A DNA stretch of 29,132 bases from a virus (IMGVR_UViG_3300012352_000416:1-29132); one strand, 5' to 3'. Counted from the stretch's first letter, positions 1-6,314 are shown. Numbers and translations are program-made. The notes: generated by a model not told the origin, from the letters alone.

Positions 1-42
1 TCCTTTCGTTGTGCTTCCATTATAGGGGTAGGGTCAGACATT

Positions 43-243
43 TTAGTCAAGCCACTGAGAGACATCTTGTCCATTTAGGACTGCCTCCATGAATGGGAAC
101 TTCTGGTAGTCTGGCAAGTCTTCCAAAACGATAAGGTACTCTTCCGGGAACTCGTTGATGTCGGTAACAATAATGTCATCTCCACCCCAGTTACCATCAC
201 GAGATACGTATAGAGCGTGTGGTGCAAACTTGGTGTAAGCCAT
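43..243 (-). CDS. Hypothetical small acidic phage protein (66 aa)
   Basis: ORF with AAAGGAG SD and its own TGTCTG-N10-TATAGT promoter at 270-291. Confidence 0.8.
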   Translation of the reverse strand: MAYTKFAPHALYVSRDGNWGGDDIIVTDINEFPEEYLIVLEDLPDYQKFPFMEAVLNGQDVSQWLD

Positions 244-503
244 GATTTCTCCTTTGATTGATTACTATAACTATACAATAGGGGTCAGACATTTTGGGGA
301 TTTAATCGGCGTGTCGTAAATAAAAGTTTTTCTGTCCAGGAGGGGCGGCCCCAAAAAACCACAAAAGTCAAGCTTGGTTGTTTGACGATCGTGGTATTTG
401 GTTTCGCCCCAGAGCCTTGCGGTTGTCTGGGACTTGCTTCGTTATCGTGTTAGCCCTCACGCTTGTAAGCCGTTGCCTAGGACACTTACAAGAGGTTTGT
501 GTG

Positions 504-535
504 TGAGCAGTTTTGGAATAGCATACTCAGGCTAT
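504..535 (-). ncRNA. Candidate H-type pseudoknot in 3' UTR, copy 1
   Basis: Minus strand ATAGC-CTGAGTA-T-GCTAT-TCCAAAAC-TGCTCA, 10 nt after the stop at 546; covaries with the copy at 1132-1167. Confidence 0.6.
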
Positions 536-545
536 CTTTATCTGA

Positions 546-995
546 CTAGATAAGGTCTAGAACAGCAGAGTAGGTGCTTGCGTTTACTTCTTCCTGAGTA
601 GTCATACGCAATACCTTTAGGTTCTTCTCAAGAACTTCCTTGCGGTTTAGGTGCTTGTTGCCAATCCACTCAGAGGTGTTAGGCTTTGCTACCTCGGTTG
701 GTCGTTCAGGGAAGCCCTCAATCTTAGATGAGTCAAAGTGTAGTTCCAAACGACCAGAGTAGTTGGTTGAGATGCGGATTACAGAGTCGTGTTCATAGCC
801 AATCTTGTTAGCGTTCTTTGACACAAAGTCAGAAACAAACTTAGCAATCTTCTTCTTGTAGACTTCGACAGCCTTGTCATACTTCTCGACATCAGCAGGG
901 TAAGAAGCGATAGCCTTGTCAATCTCAGCAATCTTCTTTTCTACTTCAGCAATAACAGATGATACAGGAACTTTTACAGAGATAGCACGAGCCAT
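546..995 (-). CDS. Hypothetical phage protein with N-terminal coiled coil (149 aa)
   Basis: Long ORF with phage-like codon use and own promoter at 1035-1056. Confidence 0.85.
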   Translation of the reverse strand: MARAISVKVPVSSVIAEVEKKIAEIDKAIASYPADVEKYDKAVEVYKKKIAKFVSDFVSKNANKIGYEHDSVIRISTNYSGRLELHFDSSKIEGFPERPTEVAKPNTSEWIGNKHLNRKEVLEKNLKVLRMTTQEEVNASTYSAVLDLI

Positions 996-1061
996 TAGGG
1001 GTATTCTTTCTTTTAGGGGTTGTTTTGTATTACTATTGTAGCAAGGTGGTCAGACATTATA

Positions 1062-1098
1062 GTTAGGGGCAAGAGTTTCTAGATTTCCTACCCCTAAC
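1062..1098 (-). terminator. Stem-loop, possible terminator or processing hairpin
   Basis: GTTAGGGG...CCCCTAAC inverted repeat between pseudoknot copy 2 and the next promoter; no clear U tract. Confidence 0.4.
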
Positions 1099-1131
1099 CT
1101 AATGAGATAGTTTTACATCTTCCATAGATGT

Positions 1132-1167
1132 TGGGCAGTTTTTTCACAAAGTGATACCCAGCACTTT
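1132..1167 (-). ncRNA. Candidate H-type pseudoknot in 3' UTR, copy 2
   Basis: Minus strand AAAGTG-CTGGGTA-T-CACTTT-GTGAAAAAAC-TGCCCA, just after the stop at 1185. Confidence 0.6.
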
Positions 1168-1184
1168 TGCCTACTAAAAGGCTA

Positions 1185-1340
1185 TTACTTGTCTGCCTTT
1201 ACGGTAGACCAACGAGGTGAGCCGTTCACATCAAGACGAACTCGGAACGAGCCGTTCTTGTTTGCTACTACTTCCTGAATAACGCCAGATACCTTTGACT
1301 TGGCGGTGGTGAACTGTGAGCCAACAGTTAGAGTGTTCAT
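1185..1340 (-). CDS. Small beta-rich basic protein (51 aa, MNTLTVGSQFTTAKSKVSG...RWSTVKADK), not in ORF track
   Basis: Translated by hand; purine-rich GGAAAG RBS; downstream of promoter 1405-1433. Confidence 0.8.
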   Translation of the reverse strand: MNTLTVGSQFTTAKSKVSGVIQEVVANKNGSFRVRLDVNGSPRWSTVKADK

Positions 1341-1404
1341 TTTGCTTCTTTCCGATACGAGCGTATCTGTGTGATTTATTATTTACAACTTTTGTTGTAT
1401 TACT

Positions 1405-1433
1405 ATTATGACACAAGGAGTAGAGAATGTCAA
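1405..1433 (-). promoter_or_regulatory. Sigma70/SigA-type promoter TTGACA-N17-CATAAT
   Basis: Near-consensus hexamers with 17-nt spacer. Confidence 0.75.
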
Positions 1434-1509
1434 GCACATTTGATAACTAAATGATAACAACATTTCTTGATTTATTCTTAGTGTTTAGTTCTCGTTTCCT
1501 TGTATTACT

Positions 1510-1538
1510 ATTATGGGGCATAGAGATGCTTTTGTCAA
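1510..1538 (-). promoter_or_regulatory. SigA-type promoter TTGACA-N17-CATAAT, tandem with the one at 1405-1433
   Basis: Near-consensus hexamers with 17-nt spacer. Confidence 0.75.
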
Positions 1539-1650
1539 ATCCAAACGCCTGTTTTTCGTTGTGGGTTTTTACAAAATCTGGGGAAAAAGATTGTTCATCT
1601 TAAACTTGACAAGATTGATCGTTTGGGGTCGCCCCCTTTCGGGGGACGTG

Positions 1651-1776
1651 TCAAACACGCCAGTCAAAAACAACAGCTAGAATCATCCATGCAACCATTA
1701 ACGCAAACGGACCTGCGAATAAAAAACATCCCAATAGCATTGGGTCACCGTTTACTTCTTGTTCTTGTTCTGCCAT
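1651..1776 (-). CDS. Small membrane protein (41 aa, or 29 aa from ATG at 1740)
   Basis: C-terminal part of track ORF 1651..1926; one hydrophobic helix; GGAGG upstream of ATG 1776. Confidence 0.5.
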   Translation of the reverse strand: MAEQEQEVNGDPMLLGCFLFAGPFALMVAWMILAVVFDWRV

Positions 1777-1901
1777 TTTTCTATTGTCCCTCCAAGTACT
1801 GTTTCGATTATCATTAGGATACCAAATAAAATAGGAAACATCAAGTACGCTGCGAAAATACCTAGGATAGCAAAAATCCCTAGCCATAAGATTATTTCCA
1901 T
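1752..1901 (-). CDS. Small membrane protein (49 aa, MEIILWLGIFAILGIFAAYLMFPILFGILM...)
   Basis: Translated by hand; TAATG overlap with the upstream stop; GAGG SD; hydrophobic. Confidence 0.75.
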   Translation of the reverse strand: MEIILWLGIFAILGIFAAYLMFPILFGILMIIETVLGGTIEKWQNKNKK

Positions 1902-2422
1902 TATTGATTACTTCCTCTGATAACAATCCAGATTAGTGCCTGCATTGCACGTGGCGTCATTCCGTGCTTAGTTGCAACGGTAGTTACAGCGTCTGCCATT
2001 ACTTTATACTGGGCTTGAGTAGGTGTCTTCTTTTCAATACCTAATGCTCGCAACATCCATACGTCAATAACTACAGCGTCTTCATTACCTGCAATAGCCT
2101 TAGCGAATGCATTAGTCTTCTGCCCCTTGAGAGCGTCAAATCCGTTATCGAATGCTGCTTTAGCCATACGAATGTTGTTACCTAATGCGATTACATTCTC
2201 ACCTAGTGAAAACTTGATAGCGTTAGTAACATTACGTGCCCAACGTTCACGTGGGCTGAATGCTGAAACAATAGTTGCTCCAACTTCTAGGGTGACGTCA
2301 AGATTACGGGCAACCTCTTCTGCAACACGCTCGGCGTCAATATACCATTTACTGGCTTGTTCAACCTGACCGAATGTTGCACGGCTTGCAATCTCTGAAT
2401 AAGTCTCTACGTAGTTAGTCAT
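1901..2422 (-). CDS. Phage protein with helix-hairpin-helix glycosylase-like motifs (173 aa)
   Basis: Motifs WY, SP..W..N, G.KT.AF, VVIDVWMLR and QA.IW resemble the HhH-GPD/EndoIII catalytic-Asp region; promoter TTGACT-N17-TAAACT at 2456-2484. Confidence 0.6.
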   Translation of the reverse strand: MTNYVETYSEIASRATFGQVEQASKWYIDAERVAEEVARNLDVTLEVGATIVSAFSPRERWARNVTNAIKFSLGENVIALGNNIRMAKAAFDNGFDALKGQKTNAFAKAIAGNEDAVVIDVWMLRALGIEKKTPTQAQYKVMADAVTTVATKHGMTPRAMQALIWIVIRGSNQ

Positions 2423-2470
2423 TGGGGTATTCTTTCTATTTGGGGTTGTTAGATAAGTTTAGCAAACTTA

Positions 2471-2593
2471 TTAGATAAAGTCAAACACATCGCCATCGAA
2501 TCCGCCAATATCTAGATCCGCCATTAGTTCGCTAGGGCTAATCTCACCTTCGGCCATCATTGCGAATAGCTCTCTTACGTACTCTTCATCCAT
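2471..2593 (-). CDS. Tiny acidic protein (40 aa, MDEEYVRELF...GDVFDFI)
   Basis: Translated by hand; TAATG coupling, GAAGG SD. Confidence 0.7.
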   Translation of the reverse strand: MDEEYVRELFAMMAEGEISPSELMADLDIGGFDGDVFDFI

Positions 2594-2685
2594 TACTTTA
2601 CCTTCTCTAGAATAGCGGCTAGTTGCCTAAGTTGTTCGGGGGTAAGGTTGTTGATAACCTCAGTGTTGATTACGTCTTCAAACAT
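2593..2685 (-). CDS. Tiny helical protein (30 aa, MFEDVINTEVINNLTPEQLRQLAAILEKVK)
   Basis: Translated by hand; TAATG coupling at both ends, GAGGA SD. Confidence 0.7.
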   Translation of the reverse strand: MFEDVINTEVINNLTPEQLRQLAAILEKVK

Positions 2686-3011
2686 TAGTCCTCATCCTCA
2701 TAGTATTCGTCTTCGGCTAGCCATGCTTGCAAGTGAGCATGTTCGATTAGTGCCCATGCAGGTGCCGAATCGCTTCCGTCACGCCAACGAATCTGAAATG
2801 GTTCACCGTTACGGTCTACGCCATCGATAGGCAACTTGATTAGTCTGTTTACGTCATCCTCAAAATAAGCGTCAATAGCTTCCATGCAAGGGTCTGCCAT
2901 TACGCTAGGGATAGGCGGATAGTGATTAGTTCGCAAGTGCATAACAATACCGTCACGCATTGAAACATTTAGCATTCCGCTTGCTAGTTCTGTTGCCATG
3001 TTGCTGCCCAT
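2685..3011 (-). CDS. Hypothetical phage protein (108 aa)
   Basis: ORF with AAAGG SD and promoter TTGACA-N17-TAAACT at 3042-3070. Confidence 0.85.
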   Translation of the reverse strand: MGSNMATELASGMLNVSMRDGIVMHLRTNHYPPIPSVMADPCMEAIDAYFEDDVNRLIKLPIDGVDRNGEPFQIRWRDGSDSAPAWALIEHAHLQAWLAEDEYYEDED

Positions 3012-3056
3012 AGTGAGCCTTTCTTTTGGGGTTATAGAATAAGTTTACAGGATTAG

Positions 3057-3209
3057 TTACTCATTGTCAAGGGCTTTACGCTTATTTTCTGAGCGTGTCC
3101 CCTTGTATTTTTTAGGCACGACGACTTGCTTCTTGCCTGCCTTTAGCATATTGTGGAATAAGGCTTGCGACTCAGCCTTGCGTCTCGCTTCATTTCTTTT
3201 ACCTAACAT
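3057..3209 (-). CDS. Small basic protein (50 aa, MLGKRNEARRK...PKKYKGTRSENKRKALDNE), probably leaderless
   Basis: Translated by hand; ATG 6 nt after the -10 TAAAGT of promoter 3216-3237. Confidence 0.75.
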   Translation of the reverse strand: MLGKRNEARRKAESQALFHNMLKAGKKQVVVPKKYKGTRSENKRKALDNE

Positions 3210-3334
3210 ACTAAAACTTTATCATGACCCTCGGACATTTTGGGAATTTCGGGGAAATTTTCTTAACTATCTTAAACAAAAATAGGGGCGACCAGATCCA
3301 GGGGCCATTGTCAAGCTCCCAGTCTGGCGTGTCG

Positions 3335-3436
3335 CTAAAACGGTGGGTAGTTCTTGACGATACTTCTGAGCAGTAGCCAGATAGCAATTCCGCCAAGAAT
3401 GTTCATCACACCTGAAGCAAGTAGCAAAATTTCCAT
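3335..3436 (-). CDS. Tiny single-pass membrane protein (33 aa)
   Basis: Translated by hand (MEILLLASGVMNILGGIAIWLLLRSIVKNYPPF); TAATG coupling, AAGGGG SD. Confidence 0.7.
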   Translation of the reverse strand: MEILLLASGVMNILGGIAIWLLLRSIVKNYPPF

Positions 3437-3606
3437 TAGTTCCCCTTTACAGCATTACGAAAACGAATCTCATCAAAGCGAGGATTATCGTTCTTGAACA
3501 TTGAAACAAAATCGCCAACCATCTTTGTGAACAGGGCAGGGTGGGTCTTGTCGCTTGCGTAGTTTAGAATCTTTGCGGTTTCGACATAGTCTTTGCGAGT
3601 CATCAT
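3436..3606 (-). CDS. Small phage protein of the MTRKDY...DNPRFD..RF type (56 aa)
   Basis: Translated by hand; AAAGGA SD; own promoter 3635-3656; motif recalled from many phage early regions. Confidence 0.85.
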   Translation of the reverse strand: MMTRKDYVETAKILNYASDKTHPALFTKMVGDFVSMFKNDNPRFDEIRFRNAVKGN

Positions 3607-3657
3607 TATTTTCTATCCTTTTGTTTGTAGGTTTAGTTTAGCATTGGGGTCAGACAT

Positions 3658-3789
3658 TTATTTGAATGACTCAACCATTATGATTGGGTATTCCAGTCCA
3701 AACTTGAAAAGGTCACGGGTATCAACAGCGGACACGGTCATTACTCCATCGAGGAGATAGGTGACTTTGAACATTTCTGACTTTGGCAT
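3658..3789 (-). CDS. Small hypothetical protein (43 aa, MPKSEMFKVTYLLDG...)
   Basis: Translated by hand; GAAAGGG SD; own promoter 3819-3840. Confidence 0.75.
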   Translation of the reverse strand: MPKSEMFKVTYLLDGVMTVSAVDTRDLFKFGLEYPIIMVESFK

Positions 3790-3842
3790 TAGTTGCCCTT
3801 TCTTTTGATTATAGATTTATCTTAGCAGTGACCTATGACATT

Positions 3843-3983
3843 TTACTCAAAGTCTTGAGGGTCAAGTCCTAGATACTCGATTGCTTTTGCTAGGGGTAGC
3901 AAGCCGTCAAGTTCATCACAGTTAGGGCAAACAACAGTGTCTGAAGTAAAAACACCCTCGCAGTATACACACATTTTATCCAT
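3843..3983 (-). CDS. Small zinc-ribbon protein (46 aa)
   Basis: CVYC...CPNC; start moved to ATG 3983 after GAAAGGA SD; promoter 4009-4030. Confidence 0.8.
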   Translation of the reverse strand: MDKMCVYCEGVFTSDTVVCPNCDELDGLLPLAKAIEYLGLDPQDFE

Positions 3984-4056
3984 TAGTTTTCCTTTCTTTG
4001 TTATTACTAACTTATCACACCCCTGCGACATTTATTGGACATTCTGGGTGTTTTTT

Positions 4057-4107
4057 ATAACAAAAGCATAACAAACTTATCCACAGAGTTATCCACAGGG
4101 GCGACCC
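4057..4107. promoter_or_regulatory. ATAACA-N5-ATAACA repeat, two tandem perfect DnaA boxes and GC box
   Basis: TTATCCACA at 4077-4085 and 4089-4097; 25 nt identical to 5204-5228. Confidence 0.7.
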
Positions 4108-4128
4108 AAAAAGGGTCGATTTGTCAAA

Positions 4129-4296
4129 TCAATCGAAAGAGTACCTCGCATTGTACATCTCTCCAATCATAGAGTCACGAGCCTCCTGCTCCATAGAGCG
4201 ACGCTCCGCCTCTACCTCCTCAGAGGTTAGAGGAGCGTAGAACTCCTCGTCATCCTCGAAGAGTGTCCAACCAAAATCCATAGCCATGTCTTCCAT
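4129..4296 (-). CDS. Small acidic protein (55 aa, MEDMAMDFGWTLFEDDEEF...)
   Basis: Translated by hand; GAAAGGTG SD; promoter 4321-4349. Confidence 0.8.
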   Translation of the reverse strand: MEDMAMDFGWTLFEDDEEFYAPLTSEEVEAERRSMEQEARDSMIGEMYNARYSFD

Positions 4297-4439
4297 AAGT
4301 TCACCTTTCTTTATGAGATAAATCTAACACAAGACTAAGACATTATCAAGCTAGACACGCCAGGGGGATTGATCGAATTGACAGCTTTGATATTTTGGGG
4401 CCGCCCCTTTCGGGGTAGTTTGTCAAATCGGACACGCCG

Positions 4440-4661
4440 TTAGGCTAGAACCTTATCTAGAACCTTAGCAATCTGAGGGTAGAACACTAGGGCAACCGCT
4501 AGAGTGATACCAATCTTCACACCAGCAAAGAAAACATTTTCAACGGTATCGCTAGGCTCTGCCCCTGCTAGTAGAATGAACAGATACAGGGCTAGATAAG
4601 TGCCAGCAACAACAGGGATAGCAATAACACCAGCGATTAGGCGACGGATAGCAAACTTCAT
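4440..4661 (-). CDS. Two-helix membrane protein (73 aa)
   Basis: Two hydrophobic segments; last gene of an operon. Confidence 0.8.
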   Translation of the reverse strand: MKFAIRRLIAGVIAIPVVAGTYLALYLFILLAGAEPSDTVENVFFAGVKIGITLAVALVFYPQIAKVLDKVLA

Positions 4662-4665
4662 TGGG

Positions 4666-4758
4666 TTACTCGCTCTCAGGGGTAGTGAATAGGTCAGACG
4701 GGTTAGATAGCATTATGTCAATCTGATAAATCAGGGTTTCCATTTCTTCGATAGTCAT
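4666..4758 (-). CDS. Tiny acidic protein (30 aa, MTIEEMETLIYQIDIMLS...)
   Basis: Translated by hand; TAATG coupling, GAGGGG SD. Confidence 0.7.
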   Translation of the reverse strand: MTIEEMETLIYQIDIMLSNPSDLFTTPESE

Positions 4759-4931
4759 TAGAGAACGAACCCCTCTGCTACGGTTGAACCGTTGTTTAGT
4801 CGTGCTACATAGCCAGCAATCTGCTTAGTTGCTACGGCGTTAGCGTAGAACGCTAGGATAGAGTCTGAGTTGTCAGGGGCATAGGCAGGGTAAATCTTTG
4901 AACCGTCTAGTAGGGCTACTGTTACATTCAT
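4758..4931 (-). CDS. Small hypothetical protein (57 aa, MNVTVALLDGSKIYPAY...)
   Basis: Translated by hand; AAAGGA SD; promoter 4962-4990. Confidence 0.8.
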   Translation of the reverse strand: MNVTVALLDGSKIYPAYAPDNSDSILAFYANAVATKQIAGYVARLNNGSTVAEGFVL

Positions 4932-4987
4932 CAGGGGTTTTCCTTTTCTCTTTATGCTATAAGTCTAGTGTATGGGTCAGACAATGT

Positions 4988-5104
4988 CTAGTTAGACACG
5001 CCGTAGATTATTGAACAAGTTTCGCAACGCTTTTCGTTGTTGTAGAGGTTTCCCTCGCAGATGTCGCAGTGACCTGTTGCTACATTTAGTTTTAGTGAGT
5101 TCAT
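4988..5104 (-). CDS. Tiny zinc-finger protein (38 aa, CDIC...CETC)
   Basis: Translated by hand; GAAAGGAG SD; first gene left of the divergent hub. Confidence 0.75.
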   Translation of the reverse strand: MNSLKLNVATGHCDICEGNLYNNEKRCETCSIIYGVSN

Positions 5105-5109
5105 CTTGA

Positions 5110-5387
5110 ACTCCTTTCTTTTATCTATTTCTTTATCTATATATATTCAAACATACATTAGGGGATTTGTCAAGTCTATTTAGGTAAACATTAGGTTAAC
5201 AACTATCCACAGAGTTATCCACAGGGGCCGCCCCTAAATTTGAAAAAGTCAAATCAACACACCGATATCTATCAAAGATTGACTAAGTAAACATTAGGTT
5301 AACAAATGCGGTAAATGCTTGACAAATGGCTAATAGTATGATTAACTATATATAGATAAAGATAGTTACTAAAAGAAAGGAGCCAAG
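5110..5387. promoter_or_regulatory. Divergent control hub
   Basis: Outward-facing TTGACA elements (5168-5173 minus, 5319-5324 plus); 16-bp inverted repeat 5130-5145/5347-5362; 19-bp direct repeat 5184-5202/5287-5305; DnaA box pair 5203-5223; GC palindrome 5224-5234. Confidence 0.7.
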
Positions 5388-5585
5388 ATGATTGGTTCAC
5401 TAGAAAAGATGGTTATGTTCCCTAACGCTCAGCGTGGATTCTCAGCGGTTATCGTTGAGATTGGAACAATCGCTCAAGCAAGAGAGATTGCTTACAAATG
5501 GGTTGCTCAGGGTTGCCCTCTAGGTGAGGGACTAGATGAGTCCTTCCCAGAAATCAAAAGGTTCATCAAAGAACGCAAGTTCTAA
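5388..5585 (+). CDS. Hypothetical protein (65 aa)
   Basis: GAAAGGAG SD; first gene right of the hub. Confidence 0.85.
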   Translation: MIGSLEKMVMFPNAQRGFSAVIVEIGTIAQAREIAYKWVAQGCPLGEGLDESFPEIKRFIKERKF

Positions 5586-5633
5586 ATGTCCGAGGTATGA
5601 CATACAATAAGTTTAGATAGATAAGGATAGATT

Positions 5634-5786
5634 ATGAAAACCCCAATGGATTTACTAACACTACAAAAGCAATACGATATGATGGTTCGTCTTGCTAAAG
5701 AATGTGATTATGATTTGACAGATGACTTTGAGCGTGAGTTGCTTGCGTTGATGAGATTAGTCAAGTCAATGGGAGGAAAAATCTAA
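5634..5786 (+). CDS. Small helical protein (50 aa, MKTPMDLLTLQKQYDMMVRL...)
   Basis: Translated by hand; AAGGA SD; promoter TGTCCG-N10-TACAAT at 5587-5608. Confidence 0.8.
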   Translation: MKTPMDLLTLQKQYDMMVRLAKECDYDLTDDFERELLALMRLVKSMGGKI

Positions 5787-5787
5787 G

Positions 5788-5880
5788 ATGATTACATTGA
5801 CATTCGAAACTTGGGAAGAGTTTGACGAGGCTATTGCTTCGATTTGTTCTTTAGAGGTGGCACTAGTTCAAAACGACTAG
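5788..5880 (+). CDS. Tiny acidic protein (30 aa, MITLTFETWEEFDEAIASI...)
   Basis: Translated by hand; GGAGG SD. Confidence 0.7.
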   Translation: MITLTFETWEEFDEAIASICSLEVALVQND

Positions 5881-6090
5881 CAGGCACCAGTGCTAAGCAA
5901 AAGTTAACCCTATCAGTGTGCTCACTAATAGATGGTTGACTTTTTTCTTTTAATGTGTATCATACACAAGCTAGAAATATTCAGATTTTGCAAAATATGA
6001 AATTTTTCAGATTTTTCAGATCTATAATTATAACGTTTTGGTAACGAAATGGTAAAAACATAGAAAATACTTCTGATGTATAATAATACT

Positions 6091-6225
6091 ATGACATGTA
6101 ACTGGGCACTTAGTATCTTTTTAGATAAATTTTGCTCTGCATGCAAACAGAAGGACAAAATGGACGTGCCAGAAGAGATCAAAAGAGAATGCAAATGCGA
6201 AAACTGCAAATGCAAGAACAATTAA
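6091..6225 (+). CDS. Small Cys-rich, metallothionein-like peptide (44 aa), leaderless
   Basis: Translated by hand: 7 Cys including CSAC and CKCENCKC; TATAAT at 6079-6084, 6 nt before ATG. Confidence 0.6.
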   Translation: MTCNWALSIFLDKFCSACKQKDKMDVPEEIKRECKCENCKCKNN

Positions 6226-6314
6226 GCTACTAAATAGCTAACTATTGAATAAAAAGCTAGTATCCACAGGTATGCGAGGGTAGCTGCAGCAATAACGTAT
6301 CCTGTTTTCTTCAT
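6222..6314 (-). CDS. Tiny membrane peptide (30 aa, MKKTGYVIAAATLAYLWILAF...)
   Basis: Translated by hand; ATGA overlap with the upstream ORF. Confidence 0.55.
   Translation of the reverse strand: MKKTGYVIAAATLAYLWILAFYSIVSYLVA

Noticed and set aside
385-500. Hammerhead or pistol ribozyme assignment
   Set aside because: No CUGAnGA core, and only superficial similarity to pistol P1; kept as an unassigned structured RNA
1231-1437. Track ORF of 68 aa
   Set aside because: Starts inside a promoter; the better gene is 1185..1340 in another frame with an RBS
1651-1926. Full 91-aa track ORF
   Set aside because: The N-terminal half overlaps the coupled membrane gene 1752..1901; only the C-terminal part is plausible
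3064-3396. Track ORFs 3064..3285 (+) and 3211..3396 (-)
   Set aside because: They run through a regulatory module and overlap better-supported small genes
290-5340. CRISPR array interpretation of the repeated intergenic motifs
   Set aside because: Repeats are degenerate, irregularly spaced and separated by genes; no cas genes
5925-6221. 98-aa minus-strand ORF
   Set aside because: No RBS; low-complexity translation of AT-rich DNA; antisense to a promoter-supported Cys-rich ORF
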